IMG/VR virus record: IMGVR_UViG_3300025159_000001
Length of the DNA stretch: 64,000 bases
Strand: one strand, 5' to 3'
Source: an uncultured virus (IMG/VR IMGVR_UViG_3300025159_000001)
Lineage: Duplodnaviria > Heunggongvirae > Uroviricota > Caudoviricetes
The notes beneath the pieces are model-generated. The model saw only the letters and a program-made list of their open reading frames with translations, was not told the origin of the DNA and ran no database searches. Position 1 is the first letter of the stretch, and the number at the start of each line of letters is the position of its first letter. A program made the translations under genes and the position numbers. Shown piece by piece: positions 10,642-20,517 of this stretch.

Positions 10642-11397
10642 GTGGCACATTATTTTGATATTGGTATTAAAGTCTGGCTAAATTTTGATAAAAAGTTTAC
10701 ACCTAAATTCCTATTAGACAATGAGAATCTTTTCATTTTTAAAACTCACACAAATTGTAGAGAAACGCTTATAAGTTATTTATTTGAAATGTTAACCTCA
10801 TTAAGAAATTTTGTATCTTATAAGGAACTAGATGCGTATACAAAACATGAAATATGTTTTGACAAGGGAAATAAATATACTTATGGATTAGCGAAATATA
10901 TCTCTAGAAACTCCTCTTGTATAGTAAAAGAAGAGTCCTCTAAGATAAAAATAGTTGGAGATGATTGTTTTCCTCCCAGGCTTTATTCTTTAATAACTTT
11001 CTTACCTCATTTAGTAATAAATACAGATTATGAATCAGCTAGTGTTGAGGAAATTTTAGAGGATGTGTTATTTAAAAATTGTGAGTTAATGGGTAAAAAA
11101 ATGATTTTAAATAAAGGGGTTAATCCTGCCTCGGATGAAATCTTAACTTTATTCGCACTATCAAATTTTTTCGAGAGGAATAAAATTCTTCCCAGTTATT
11201 CTGTTAAAGTTCCAGATTCAAACATAGCACAATTTGTTGCTAGAGAACTTGTAAATAGTCGAGGTACTTTAAATGATTTTATTTCCTTTATTAAGAAATA
11301 TAATATTAAATTCACAGATAGATTCTATACTAACGTCTATACAGATAAGAGAGTTACTTTAGGAGAAACTTTAAAAGAGGTACACAAAGATGGATAA
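10642..11397 (+). CDS. Hypothetical protein
   Basis: 251-aa ORF inside the ligase cluster. Confidence 0.65.
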   Translation: MAHYFDIGIKVWLNFDKKFTPKFLLDNENLFIFKTHTNCRETLISYLFEMLTSLRNFVSYKELDAYTKHEICFDKGNKYTYGLAKYISRNSSCIVKEESSKIKIVGDDCFPPRLYSLITFLPHLVINTDYESASVEEILEDVLFKNCELMGKKMILNKGVNPASDEILTLFALSNFFERNKILPSYSVKVPDSNIAQFVARELVNSRGTLNDFISFIKKYNIKFTDRFYTNVYTDKRVTLGETLKEVHKDG

Positions 11398-12265
11398 AAA
11401 TATAAAAGTAGGTTTAGCATTTCCGGCATTTTTTGGTTCATTCAAAGAAATATTTCCAGAATTAGAACTAATTGGTAGTAAAGATCCTAAGAGTTTTGAT
11501 TTAATCCTTTTTTCTGGAGGAGAGGATATTTCTCCTAGATTTTATGGACAACCTCTCACTTATTCTGTAGGGATTAATCCTTACAGAGATGATGTAGAAA
11601 ATAATATTCTAAGAGAGGTTTATAATTCTCAAGTTAAAATTTTAGGGGTTTGTAGGGGGCATCAATTAATTAATGTAGTCTTAGGGGGGGTTTTAGTTCA
11701 AGATATTAAATTATGTTTAGGTGAAAATCATTCTTATTCCCATCCTATAACAGTAACTAAGGATAATTCTTTAATAGGAAAATGTTTTAATCATGTAAAT
11801 TCTTTACATCATCAGGGGGTTGTAAATGTAGGCTCTAAAATAAATGTAACTGCTATTCATGGAAGAATAGTTGAGGCTACAGAATCAAAACAAATTATAA
11901 CTACTCAATTCCATCCTGAATTTATGGTAGGAAAAGAACCCGAAGAATTTTTTAAACTAATAAGATTGTGGGTTACTGATTATGAAAAGCTTGTAAAAAT
12001 GATAAAAGAAAGTAATAAAAAAGCTGCGGAAGAGATTAAAGAATTTACGCCTTTAAAGTTAAAGAAGAAAACTATTATAGAAGATTTAGTAAGAGAAGAT
12101 CGAGAACGTTTGGGCTCTATTCCTCGTGCAGGTTATTCTTTTTCTACTACTATTAATGATAGTAGTACATTTAATACTTCTACAGAACCCGCCGCCCAAA
12201 ATTATAACTATAATCCTACGTGGGTAGAACCTCCACCAGAAGATTTAGAAGGAGAGGAATTTTAA
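11390..12265 (+). CDS. Peptidase C26 / gamma-glutamyl hydrolase family (class I GATase fold)
   Basis: SGGEDISP, LGVCRGHQLINV, VNSLHHQ and QFHPE (Cys-His-Glu triad). Confidence 0.85.
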   Translation: MDKNIKVGLAFPAFFGSFKEIFPELELIGSKDPKSFDLILFSGGEDISPRFYGQPLTYSVGINPYRDDVENNILREVYNSQVKILGVCRGHQLINVVLGGVLVQDIKLCLGENHSYSHPITVTKDNSLIGKCFNHVNSLHHQGVVNVGSKINVTAIHGRIVEATESKQIITTQFHPEFMVGKEPEEFFKLIRLWVTDYEKLVKMIKESNKKAAEEIKEFTPLKLKKKTIIEDLVREDRERLGSIPRAGYSFSTTINDSSTFNTSTEPAAQNYNYNPTWVEPPPEDLEGEEF

Positions 12266-12266
12266 A

Positions 12267-13376
12267 ATGCCAGTATTACCTATCATAGCAAGAACTTATG
12301 CCACAACAGTAGAAAAAGATGTTGGAATCTTTATTAAATTTCTTGATGAGTTTAATGAAGACTCTAAAAGATTTCCATCTTCTCAAGATTGTGGAATTAA
12401 GTATTATGGTTGTTTTGACCCTTATTGGGGTAGAATTAATAATTTAGAAAGCCCTAGAAAAATGTATTTTGCATTTCCAGGATTGCCTTTAACTTTTTAT
12501 AAAGTTGTAGAGGATTTTAATAATAAGTTTAAAAATATAAAAATAATAGTGATATACAGCAGAGAATTTAATTTTTATCATACAAACAGGGATTTTTATC
12601 TCTCACTAGAACATTATATAACTCCCATAGAAAATAAACCTAATTCAACATCAATCCCTATAGCCATCCCAATATTTACTATAGAATTTAACCCTGATTA
12701 TACTAAAGAATCTACATATTTTTATACTTACCTCCTACACCATTTTCTTAGATTGTTATCTTATTCTGAAAGGTTTATACGTATAGATTTTAATGCTGTT
12801 TTAAATGAAACTAAACATCCGGTATACGAGGTTTTAAATGTTAATAACAAACATAAGGGGGGGCGTTCTTTAAGTGATCGTTACATATCTAGAAAGAATT
12901 TCTTACTTCTAGACAATATAGAAATAGCTAATAAAGCCTCTAGGTTTTTAGAAATTTTATATAAAAGGAGTATTCTTGTAAAACAGACAAAAATATTAAA
13001 AGTATTGGCACTATCAGAATCTCCTGAAAATGATGTTATTATTGGAAATAATGAGGAGAGTTTTAAAGAGGGAGATTTAATAATTTGGGGAAGACCTTAT
13101 TATATCTCCCGCGAAGAGGTTCGGATTAGATCTTTGTGTAGGGTTGAGAAAATAATTTCTGAAAAAATTCAATTTTTAGGAAAGTTTAATTCTGGAGATA
13201 TGGGATCTTTTTGTGAAAAAATAAAAATTAGATTATTGATAGATGAAAAAGAACCTGGAGTTTTTAGGCCTAACGATAGTGGGCCTATAATAGTTTATTT
13301 AGCAAAAACTCAGTTTAGAAAAGCTACTGAAGAAGATTTAAAAGAATTTAATTATTCAAACCTTGTGGAGATTTAA
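12267..13376 (+). CDS. Hypothetical protein
   Basis: 369-aa ORF. Confidence 0.65.
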   Translation: MPVLPIIARTYATTVEKDVGIFIKFLDEFNEDSKRFPSSQDCGIKYYGCFDPYWGRINNLESPRKMYFAFPGLPLTFYKVVEDFNNKFKNIKIIVIYSREFNFYHTNRDFYLSLEHYITPIENKPNSTSIPIAIPIFTIEFNPDYTKESTYFYTYLLHHFLRLLSYSERFIRIDFNAVLNETKHPVYEVLNVNNKHKGGRSLSDRYISRKNFLLLDNIEIANKASRFLEILYKRSILVKQTKILKVLALSESPENDVIIGNNEESFKEGDLIIWGRPYYISREEVRIRSLCRVEKIISEKIQFLGKFNSGDMGSFCEKIKIRLLIDEKEPGVFRPNDSGPIIVYLAKTQFRKATEEDLKEFNYSNLVEI

Positions 13377-13379
13377 AAA

Positions 13380-13835
13380 ATGCCTACTTTTAAACAGAAA
13401 CGAGTTTTAAAATATATCTCTGATAAAGATACTTCTACTTTGACATTTGATGATGAATGTGTATTAAAAGAATTTGATAAGGAATCATCTCTGGATGATT
13501 TAGTATATAAATGTTTATATTATACAAATAGTTATTATTCGTGGGTAGAGATTTATCCAGGAAGGTTTGAAATAGAGACCATATCTGGTAAATGGAGAAG
13601 CTCTTTAGATATTTGGAGACATGTTAAACATTTTAGACCTGAAGCTACAATTTTTGAGGTTATGAATAGTTTATATAATATTAAAGAAAGCCTAGTAGGA
13701 CATTACTGTCCTGATATAAGGAGAAGGGTTTTTAAATTAAATAGATTTACGTTTACTTCTGGTTTAATTGATTTAGACTGTCCAGATGAATATGGCTTAT
13801 ATTTTGAAGATTGGAGAGAAATAAATGTTAGCTAG
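13380..13835 (+). CDS. Hypothetical protein
   Basis: 151-aa ORF. Confidence 0.65.
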   Translation: MPTFKQKRVLKYISDKDTSTLTFDDECVLKEFDKESSLDDLVYKCLYYTNSYYSWVEIYPGRFEIETISGKWRSSLDIWRHVKHFRPEATIFEVMNSLYNIKESLVGHYCPDIRRRVFKLNRFTFTSGLIDLDCPDEYGLYFEDWREINVS

Positions 13836-14835
13836 CATGCAAAAAATAAATAAAGTTTTTCCAATTGAAGGTGCTGATAGAATTGAGGGAGTTGAAGTTT
13901 TAGGGTGGAAATGTGTGGTAAGAAAAGGACAATTTAAAGAGGGAGATTTGTGTATCTATATAGAAATAGATACAATAATTCCTAAATATTTATTAACAGA
14001 TAATTTAGAAGATAAAGAAGAAATAAGATTAAAAACTGTTAAAATGAAAGGACAGATCTCACAAGGATTGATTTTGCCAATTAATATTTTAGAAAAATAT
14101 GTAAGCCATCTTGATATATATGAGGATCATGTGGAATTTACGGATGGAACAGCAGAATGGAAAACTTTAGGAATTAATGTAGATATTTCTAAAAATTTAG
14201 GAATTAAAAAATATGAAAAACCCATTCCTTTAAATATGCAAGGAATAATTAAAGGAAACTTCCCAGGATTTTTAAGAAAAACTGATGAAGTAAAAGTTCA
14301 ATCTGAACCCTCTTTATTAGAAAAATTAAAAGGAAAGCCTTATTATATTACTACAAAACTAGATGGGACAAGCGCAACTTATTATAAATTTAATGGAGAA
14401 TTTGGAGTTTGTTCCAGGAATTTAGAACTAGAAAAAGGAGATAATATTTATTGGAGATTAGCAGAAAAATATAAAATAGAAGATTGGCTACCAGAAGGTT
14501 ATGCAATTCAAGGAGAAATTTGTGGAGAGGGAATTCAAAAGAATCCTCTAGGAATAAAGGGGGTTAATTTATATATATTTAATATTATAAAAATATTAGG
14601 GGATATAAAACTATATTGTCCAGATTGGCAAGAGTGGATGGAACATCCCATACTTTTTGTAATACAGGAAGAATACGGGGACTCTTTTAATTATTCTTTA
14701 GAAGAACTTTTAGAAAAAGCCAGAGGAAATTATTCCAGTGGAAAAAGAAAGGAGGGCGTTGTTGTAAGAAGTAAAGATCAAACAATTTCTTTTAAAGTAG
14801 TTAATAATGATTATTTATTAAAGGATGAAGAATGA
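13825..14835 (+). CDS. RNA ligase, DRB0094/Rnl5 family
   Basis: N-terminal OB domain (PIEGADRIE...GWKCVV...YIEID, SQGL); KTDE; motif I TKLDGTS; SRN; QGEICG; EGVVVR; FKVVNNDYLL. Confidence 0.9.
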   Translation: MLASMQKINKVFPIEGADRIEGVEVLGWKCVVRKGQFKEGDLCIYIEIDTIIPKYLLTDNLEDKEEIRLKTVKMKGQISQGLILPINILEKYVSHLDIYEDHVEFTDGTAEWKTLGINVDISKNLGIKKYEKPIPLNMQGIIKGNFPGFLRKTDEVKVQSEPSLLEKLKGKPYYITTKLDGTSATYYKFNGEFGVCSRNLELEKGDNIYWRLAEKYKIEDWLPEGYAIQGEICGEGIQKNPLGIKGVNLYIFNIIKILGDIKLYCPDWQEWMEHPILFVIQEEYGDSFNYSLEELLEKARGNYSSGKRKEGVVVRSKDQTISFKVVNNDYLLKDEE

Positions 14836-15035
14836 AAACAATTAAAAGAAACGCAAATAAAATGTGTATAGGGAAAAAGCCATTTACTTTTGCTACACAA
14901 GCAGATAGAGCTTTGAATAAAATGATAAAGAAAAATGGTTTAAATCCCAATGAAAGATTACATACTTATTATTGCCCATGTTGTTTATATTGGCATATAG
15001 GACATTATAATGAAAACAATAATAATAGTTTTTAA
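14832..15035 (+). CDS. Small Zn-finger protein
   Basis: C...YxCPCC..WHIGH pattern. Confidence 0.55.
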   Translation: MKTIKRNANKMCIGKKPFTFATQADRALNKMIKKNGLNPNERLHTYYCPCCLYWHIGHYNENNNNSF

Positions 15036-15175
15036 ACGCATTAAACTTAATAATCCTACATTTGGAGTAGAATTATATTTTAATTACAATAGATCACTTA
15101 AATCAGTAGATTATCTAACATTTTGGATAGACATATCTTATAAAAGATTTTGGTTTAAACTGGAGTGGAAATAAA

Positions 15176-15382
15176 ATGAATGAAACCTATTTTGCAGTAC
15201 AATTTAAATCTCAGTTAACTAATGAGTGGATTACAGAAGAAAAATATTTTATAGATAATTATGATTCACCACAACAGGCTTTAAATTTAGCTATAAAAAC
15301 TTATGAAAGAGAGGATCTTTATTCAGATTTTGAGAAAAGAATTTTAAAAGTTTCAGGAGAAGTTGTATACGGTGGAGAATAA
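15176..15382 (+). CDS. Hypothetical protein
   Basis: 68-aa ORF with GGAG RBS. Confidence 0.5.
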   Translation: MNETYFAVQFKSQLTNEWITEEKYFIDNYDSPQQALNLAIKTYEREDLYSDFEKRILKVSGEVVYGGE

Positions 15383-15653
15383 AACATGGAAGATAGAATA
15401 AAAAATGCTGGTGATCCTAAAGATATGTTTTTTTCTACAATAGAATTTGAGGAATATCTATGAATATAACAGAATTAATTACCTATTTAGTTAGTATTTT
15501 AGAAACTTATGGAAACTTAGAAATTATTTACTCATCTCTAGATGAAGATCTTGATCCTATTTCGGAGGATTTAGATGGGGAAAACCTTTATGTAAATGAA
15601 ATTGAAAAATATTTAGAAATACATAAAGCATAAAAACTAAATACAATTTATCT

Positions 15654-15697
15654 AAAACCCCTCCTCGGGCTTAATCCGAGGAGGGGTTTTTATTTTG
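15654..15697. terminator. Bidirectional intrinsic terminator where the + and - blocks converge
   Basis: AAAACCCCTCCTCGG-GCTTAAT-CCGAGGAGGGGTTTT, perfect 15-bp stem plus T tract. Confidence 0.9.
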
Positions 15698-15709
15698 TTT
15701 GTTTCATGA

Positions 15710-15767
15710 TAAAAATCCTCAGAAAATCATAAGAACTCGCATTTTACTGTACTTAAATTTTTCCTGA
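15710..15767. repeat. ~60-bp degenerate repeat, copy 2 (copy 1 at 114-172)
   Basis: TAAAAATCCTCAGAAAATCATAAGAACTCGCATTTT...AAATTTTTCCTGA. Confidence 0.7.
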
Positions 15768-15879
15768 ACATCTTTTTAAATAACTAGAATATCTTTCAAT
15801 CCAAAGTTTAGGTTCATAGTTTATATCATCACAACTGAAAGATAAAACTAAACACAATCCTAACAATTTTAATAATTTA

Positions 15880-18444
15880 TTAATCCTTAGGAACTTCATT
15901 ATTAACTCCTACGTTTAAAATCTGAAAACTTTTACTTTTATCCCTATAAATAGTGCCACCCTTTAATCCCATATTCCACATATAAATGAATATATCATAA
16001 ATATCTTCTACTGTAGAATCTTCTGGACAATTAATTGTTTTAGAAACCGCATTAGTCACATAATCCTGCCAAGTTGCCTGAATATCTACGTGCTCTCTCC
16101 AAGAAATCTCATGGGAAGTGCTAAATATGCGTTTTAGTTTTTCTGGAATTTTTTCCAGTCCTTCTAAACTTCCATACTCTTTTACATGAGAGATTACTTG
16201 TTCAATATCTTCTTCTGTTAAACCATATTTCTTTAGTTTTTTCTCTAGTATAGGATTTAATTCTATAATATAATCTTTAGCAATGTTCCCCACACCCTCA
16301 GTAATATTTCTTTTATAAGATAGTGCAAAAAACGGTTCTATACCAGAATTAACTCCTGCAAGTAGAGCAATCGTACCTGTAGGTGCTATTGAAGTTACGG
16401 ATACATTTCTTAAACCTATCTTTCTTATTTCTTCAATATTAAACTTTCCACCACTATACTTAGAATTTAACACTTTTTCTAATGGATAAAGATTAACTCT
16501 ATCTGATTCATACCAAGGGAACTTTCCTTTTTCTTTAGCTAATTCAATAGATTCTAACCAGGAGAAAAATGATATAAACCAACTTAAAAAATTACCTAAT
16601 TTTATTGATTCTTCACTACCGTAGGGAATTTCCAATTCTGCTAAAAGATCAGCAAAACCCATAACCCCCAATCCTAATCTCCTTAATCCTTTAGACCAAC
16701 TATTAATTTCTTCTATTGGAGTATAAGATAAGGTTTGTACATTATCTAGAAATCTTATTGCATTTCTAATTGAAAATTCTAAGAATTCTAAATTTAAACC
16801 TCTATCTCCATCATAAAAAGAATGTAAATTTAAAGAGCCTAAACAGCAAGGTTCGTAAGGCATTAGAGGAATTTCCCCACAATTAGCAGAAACTATACCA
16901 GAATAAATCCCCGCTATAGGTTCGGGATCGGATATAATATAGGTATGTGTACCATCTACAGTACCATTATAAACATCCTCTTTTTCTGTTAGTTTAGTTA
17001 TTCTAATTACTTTATGGTTGTATTTTCTACCTCTTTTAGAACGTCCATGAATTAAATTATGTTTTCTAGGTGTAATAGCTTCTAGATTTTCGGGACGGTT
17101 ATTAATTTCATTCCAGTCTTTATGATGGACTATATATCCTTTAGGGATTTCTCCATAAAAATATTCATATACCATCCTGGCTACATATTTATGTTTAGCT
17201 TTATTATCCCCCCAACCATGTGCACGTAAATGTTTATCAGTAGGATGGATACTGACAGAAAATGCTCTAACAGATTGTCCCCCTCTTAAATCCTCAGCTT
17301 TAGTTTTTTCCCCTCTAATTGTATAAAAACTATGATCTGGTGTACACTTAACCTTTAACCCGCTATCAAATTCCACTTCTACTAAATCTGCATTTTTTCT
17401 GGTTAGTTTTGGTTTTTCCATTATGGAAATTTCAGGGAGTTTAGTTTCTGGATTCCAAGTATACACTAAAACATCATACCCCTCTTTAGCTAAATCTTTA
17501 ATAATTCTAGGCCCATCAAAGACGGTTAAAATCTTTGTATCTCCTGTAATACAGGGATTTGTAGCTACCAAATCTCCTAAGTATGATGTAATATTATCTT
17601 CATTTGCCCTATCATAAAAATAAACTCCAGGGTCTCCACTTTCCCAAGTCATCTTAGAAATTTGTTTTAGTAAATCCTTAGCTGGTAGATTCTTTGTACT
17701 TTTTCCAGTTACTCTAGAGATTAAATCCCAACCTTGACCTGAATTAACTGATTCCATAAATTTATCTGTTAGTATAACAGAAATATTAAAGTGGGAAAGT
17801 TGGTCATCTTGTAAAGTTTTCTCTAGAACTTTGAAATACTTAATACCTTTCTTATCTAAGCTATTCAGCTCTAAATTTCTTTTATATTCCTCTAAAAGTC
17901 TAGTATTCCTAGAATTTGGTTTAGATTTAAAATCTATAAATTTTTCTACGTCAGGATGGTCTATCCTCAACATGCCCATTTGTGCCCCTCTTCTTGAGGC
18001 TTGTTGAATAACCTCGCCAGTTTGATCGAATAAAGACATAAAAGATAATGGGCCACTAGCTTGACCCCTTGTAGTTTTTATAGGTGCACCTTCTTCCCTT
18101 ATATTAGAGAAATCGTAACCTACGCCTCCTCCCCATGCAAAAATCTCTGCCGCATTTTTTAAAGTTTCATAAATCTCTGCTCTAGAATCCCCAATTGGCA
18201 GTACGAAACAATTATTAAGATTCTTTATATTTGTACCAGAATTAGCTATTATTCTACCACCTGGTAAAAATACTGAATTATATATCAGATTAAAAAAAAT
18301 TCTTTCAAACTTTTTCTTATTTTCTTCACTTTCTTCTGCACTAGCTATATAGCTAGCTATTCTAAAACACGCCTGTTCCCAAGTTTCTTCTGGAGAAGTG
18401 GCGTATTTCATTTTAAAAATTTTTTGAGCTTTTTTATCCAACAT
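15880..18444 (-). CDS. nrdJ: Class II (AdoCbl-dependent) ribonucleotide reductase, intein-containing
   Basis: PGGR, NCFV, GGGVG, RRGAQM, HPD, TNP[intein]CGE, CCLGSLNL, RRLGLGVMG, IAPTGT, GIEP, VSKTIN, KGGTIYR; no NrdB in the window. Confidence 0.9.
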   Translation of the reverse strand: MLDKKAQKIFKMKYATSPEETWEQACFRIASYIASAEESEENKKKFERIFFNLIYNSVFLPGGRIIANSGTNIKNLNNCFVLPIGDSRAEIYETLKNAAEIFAWGGGVGYDFSNIREEGAPIKTTRGQASGPLSFMSLFDQTGEVIQQASRRGAQMGMLRIDHPDVEKFIDFKSKPNSRNTRLLEEYKRNLELNSLDKKGIKYFKVLEKTLQDDQLSHFNISVILTDKFMESVNSGQGWDLISRVTGKSTKNLPAKDLLKQISKMTWESGDPGVYFYDRANEDNITSYLGDLVATNPCITGDTKILTVFDGPRIIKDLAKEGYDVLVYTWNPETKLPEISIMEKPKLTRKNADLVEVEFDSGLKVKCTPDHSFYTIRGEKTKAEDLRGGQSVRAFSVSIHPTDKHLRAHGWGDNKAKHKYVARMVYEYFYGEIPKGYIVHHKDWNEINNRPENLEAITPRKHNLIHGRSKRGRKYNHKVIRITKLTEKEDVYNGTVDGTHTYIISDPEPIAGIYSGIVSANCGEIPLMPYEPCCLGSLNLHSFYDGDRGLNLEFLEFSIRNAIRFLDNVQTLSYTPIEEINSWSKGLRRLGLGVMGFADLLAELEIPYGSEESIKLGNFLSWFISFFSWLESIELAKEKGKFPWYESDRVNLYPLEKVLNSKYSGGKFNIEEIRKIGLRNVSVTSIAPTGTIALLAGVNSGIEPFFALSYKRNITEGVGNIAKDYIIELNPILEKKLKKYGLTEEDIEQVISHVKEYGSLEGLEKIPEKLKRIFSTSHEISWREHVDIQATWQDYVTNAVSKTINCPEDSTVEDIYDIFIYMWNMGLKGGTIYRDKSKSFQILNVGVNNEVPKD
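16882..17553 (-). mobile_element. Intein (224 aa) with HNH endonuclease domain, in NrdJ
   Basis: Starts CITGDTKI, block B CTPDHSF, HNH motif VHHKDWNEINNRPENL...H, block F DVYNGTVDGTHTY, ends VSAN before the catalytic Cys of NPCGE. Confidence 0.9.
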
Positions 18445-18715
18445 TCATGTTCTCTCCTCTTTCTTCAGGATATTTTATTGTAATTTTAAACTTTTCTTCT
18501 AGATTATTTTCCTCTACAATAAAAGTATGGTCTTTAACAGCAGCTAAGTCTGAATAACTAGCCTCGAAGGAATTCTTTCCTTGATCCAATAATAAAATTA
18601 AAATAATCGCTACTAAAGTCCCTCTTTCCATCTTAGCAACGGTTAAAAAATTATAAATAACTTTAATCCATTCTAGATGGTTATCTATAATTCCATCTAC
18701 ATGCCTTATATCCAT
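18434..18715 (-). CDS. Hypothetical protein
   Basis: 93-aa ORF overlapping both neighbours. Confidence 0.6.
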   Translation of the reverse strand: MDIRHVDGIIDNHLEWIKVIYNFLTVAKMERGTLVAIILILLLDQGKNSFEASYSDLAAVKDHTFIVEENNLEEKFKITIKYPEERGENMNVG

Positions 18716-19257
18716 TTTCCATGATCCTTTAATTCAGATAAGGATTTAATAAATTGTAGGTTGTTTTCTCTTAGATAGTCTTCATTATGAGAATGAAGTC
18801 TAGGGATAACTTTGCAAACCTTTCCTATGGATTCTATAGACTCTGGTTTATCTTCAACAAATAAATCTAGTTTTAAATTTCTTACTATTTTATCCTTATC
18901 TTCGGAGAAGAAAATATCATCTACAAATAATTTATGCTCGTTAAACCACCATCTAGTACCAGACTGTAAACTTTTATTGTTGCTTTTAACCCCTCTCACA
19001 GTTATAGCATAAACATCCCAACCTAAATTTAGCTTAAAATGATTAATAGTTTCTCTGGCATCATAAAAAGGATTATTAAAATAATAAGATTCATCCTCTA
19101 CTAAACTATACCACCACCCTTCAGAATATTCTTTCCAAGCATATTTCCAAAAATAATTATATTCAAAGTCTATTACCCCTCTTAAATATAAATCTGTCCA
19201 CACATACATATGCCAAGGATATAAAACACCATCTATATCAAATCCTATTTTTTTCAT
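18706..19257 (-). CDS. HAD-superfamily 5'(3')-nucleotidase-like protein
   Basis: FDIDGVL motif I, ITxR, K and FVEDK motif IV. Confidence 0.75.
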   Translation of the reverse strand: MKKIGFDIDGVLYPWHMYVWTDLYLRGVIDFEYNYFWKYAWKEYSEGWWYSLVEDESYYFNNPFYDARETINHFKLNLGWDVYAITVRGVKSNNKSLQSGTRWWFNEHKLFVDDIFFSEDKDKIVRNLKLDLFVEDKPESIESIGKVCKVIPRLHSHNEDYLRENNLQFIKSLSELKDHGKWI

Positions 19258-19733
19258 AGTTCCACTACTCCATTAGAGAAATTTAGCCAATTACCTTTAT
19301 TTATAAAACCCTTGGCTGTATTTAATGCATCTTGCCCATTAAGCTTTACCCAACCATCTATATAAGGTATATTTATAGAAATATTATACTTAATAAAAGA
19401 ATGGGGGCATTTCATACAACCAAATTCCTTCTTAGTTCTAATAGTTAATTGCCCCTTGCTTTTTCCTCGCAAAACGATGCCCAATACAAATATTTCAGAA
19501 TTAGTTATATCAAATCCAGATTTTATAGCATTTATGATACAATCCTGTTCCGCATGAACAGCATAGTCAATGTGAGATAATAACTTTCTATCTTCTACTG
19601 TAGATCTTCTATTTCGACCCGAAGAAATTATTTTTCCTTTCTTAACTAAAACTGCACCAAAACCTATATAAGAATTAGATTCTACCGCCCTTTCTAAACA
19701 AACTTTCCCATAAATATCCTCTCTATAGTTCAT
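19254..19733 (-). CDS. Cytidine/deoxycytidylate deaminase family protein
   Basis: GAVLV...GRN, HAEQ and CxxC (GCMKC). Confidence 0.75.
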   Translation of the reverse strand: MNYREDIYGKVCLERAVESNSYIGFGAVLVKKGKIISSGRNRRSTVEDRKLLSHIDYAVHAEQDCIINAIKSGFDITNSEIFVLGIVLRGKSKGQLTIRTKKEFGCMKCPHSFIKYNISINIPYIDGWVKLNGQDALNTAKGFINKGNWLNFSNGVVEL

Positions 19734-19898
19734 TCTATCTCTGCCTTAAATATTAATTTTATTTCTTCTCCCTTTTTTACTTCTTTTAATATATCATTTA
19801 GTAGATCTTTGGCCATACTAGTCATTATAAATTCTAATATATGCTTGTATTCAGAATAGTTAATATTGTCTTTTAGTATTCTAGAAAGTTCCAATTCT

Positions 19899-20492
19899 CT
19901 ATACATCTAATCTTTCCTTTGCTATTTTATAATATTCTTCTGATATTTCTATACCTATATACTCTCTATTTAATTTCTTAGCTGCTAGACAGACTGTACC
20001 AGAACCCATAAATGGGTCTAATACTACATCTCCCTCTTTGGTTAATTTAGATATAAAGAATTCTGCCCAAGAAGGATCTTGTTCCCATTTATGATGCTTT
20101 TTAGTTTGCCCATCCTTTCCACTTACTATAAAACCATCTCGTATAAAACCTCTACCCATAGGATAAGAATCTTTAACGTACCATAAGATAGGTTTCCACA
20201 TTACTTCAATTCCCATAGCCATTCTAGCGTGTTTACCTTCAAATTGATTCATACAAAACATCCGTCTATACTTTAATTTATTTTCAAATTTTTTGCAAAC
20301 TTCTGGAAGGGCATAGTGTCCAACTATAGTTAATAAGGAGGCACCTTTTTTCATTATTCTAGGACATTCATCAGCTAAATAATCATATGTATATAAGTAT
20401 TCTTTTAGATAGGGCGGGTCTGTTAAAACTAAGTCTACTGAGTTATCTGAAATATTTTTCATAAGTTCTGAACAATCACCTAGGATTATCAT
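19899..20492 (-). CDS. DNA N6-adenine/N4-cytosine methyltransferase (beta class)
   Basis: TDPPY precedes DPFMGSGT. Confidence 0.9.
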   Translation of the reverse strand: MIILGDCSELMKNISDNSVDLVLTDPPYLKEYLYTYDYLADECPRIMKKGASLLTIVGHYALPEVCKKFENKLKYRRMFCMNQFEGKHARMAMGIEVMWKPILWYVKDSYPMGRGFIRDGFIVSGKDGQTKKHHKWEQDPSWAEFFISKLTKEGDVVLDPFMGSGTVCLAAKKLNREYIGIEISEEYYKIAKERLDV

Positions 20493-20517
20493 TCTTTAAA
20501 ATTTTCTTCCTTTTATC

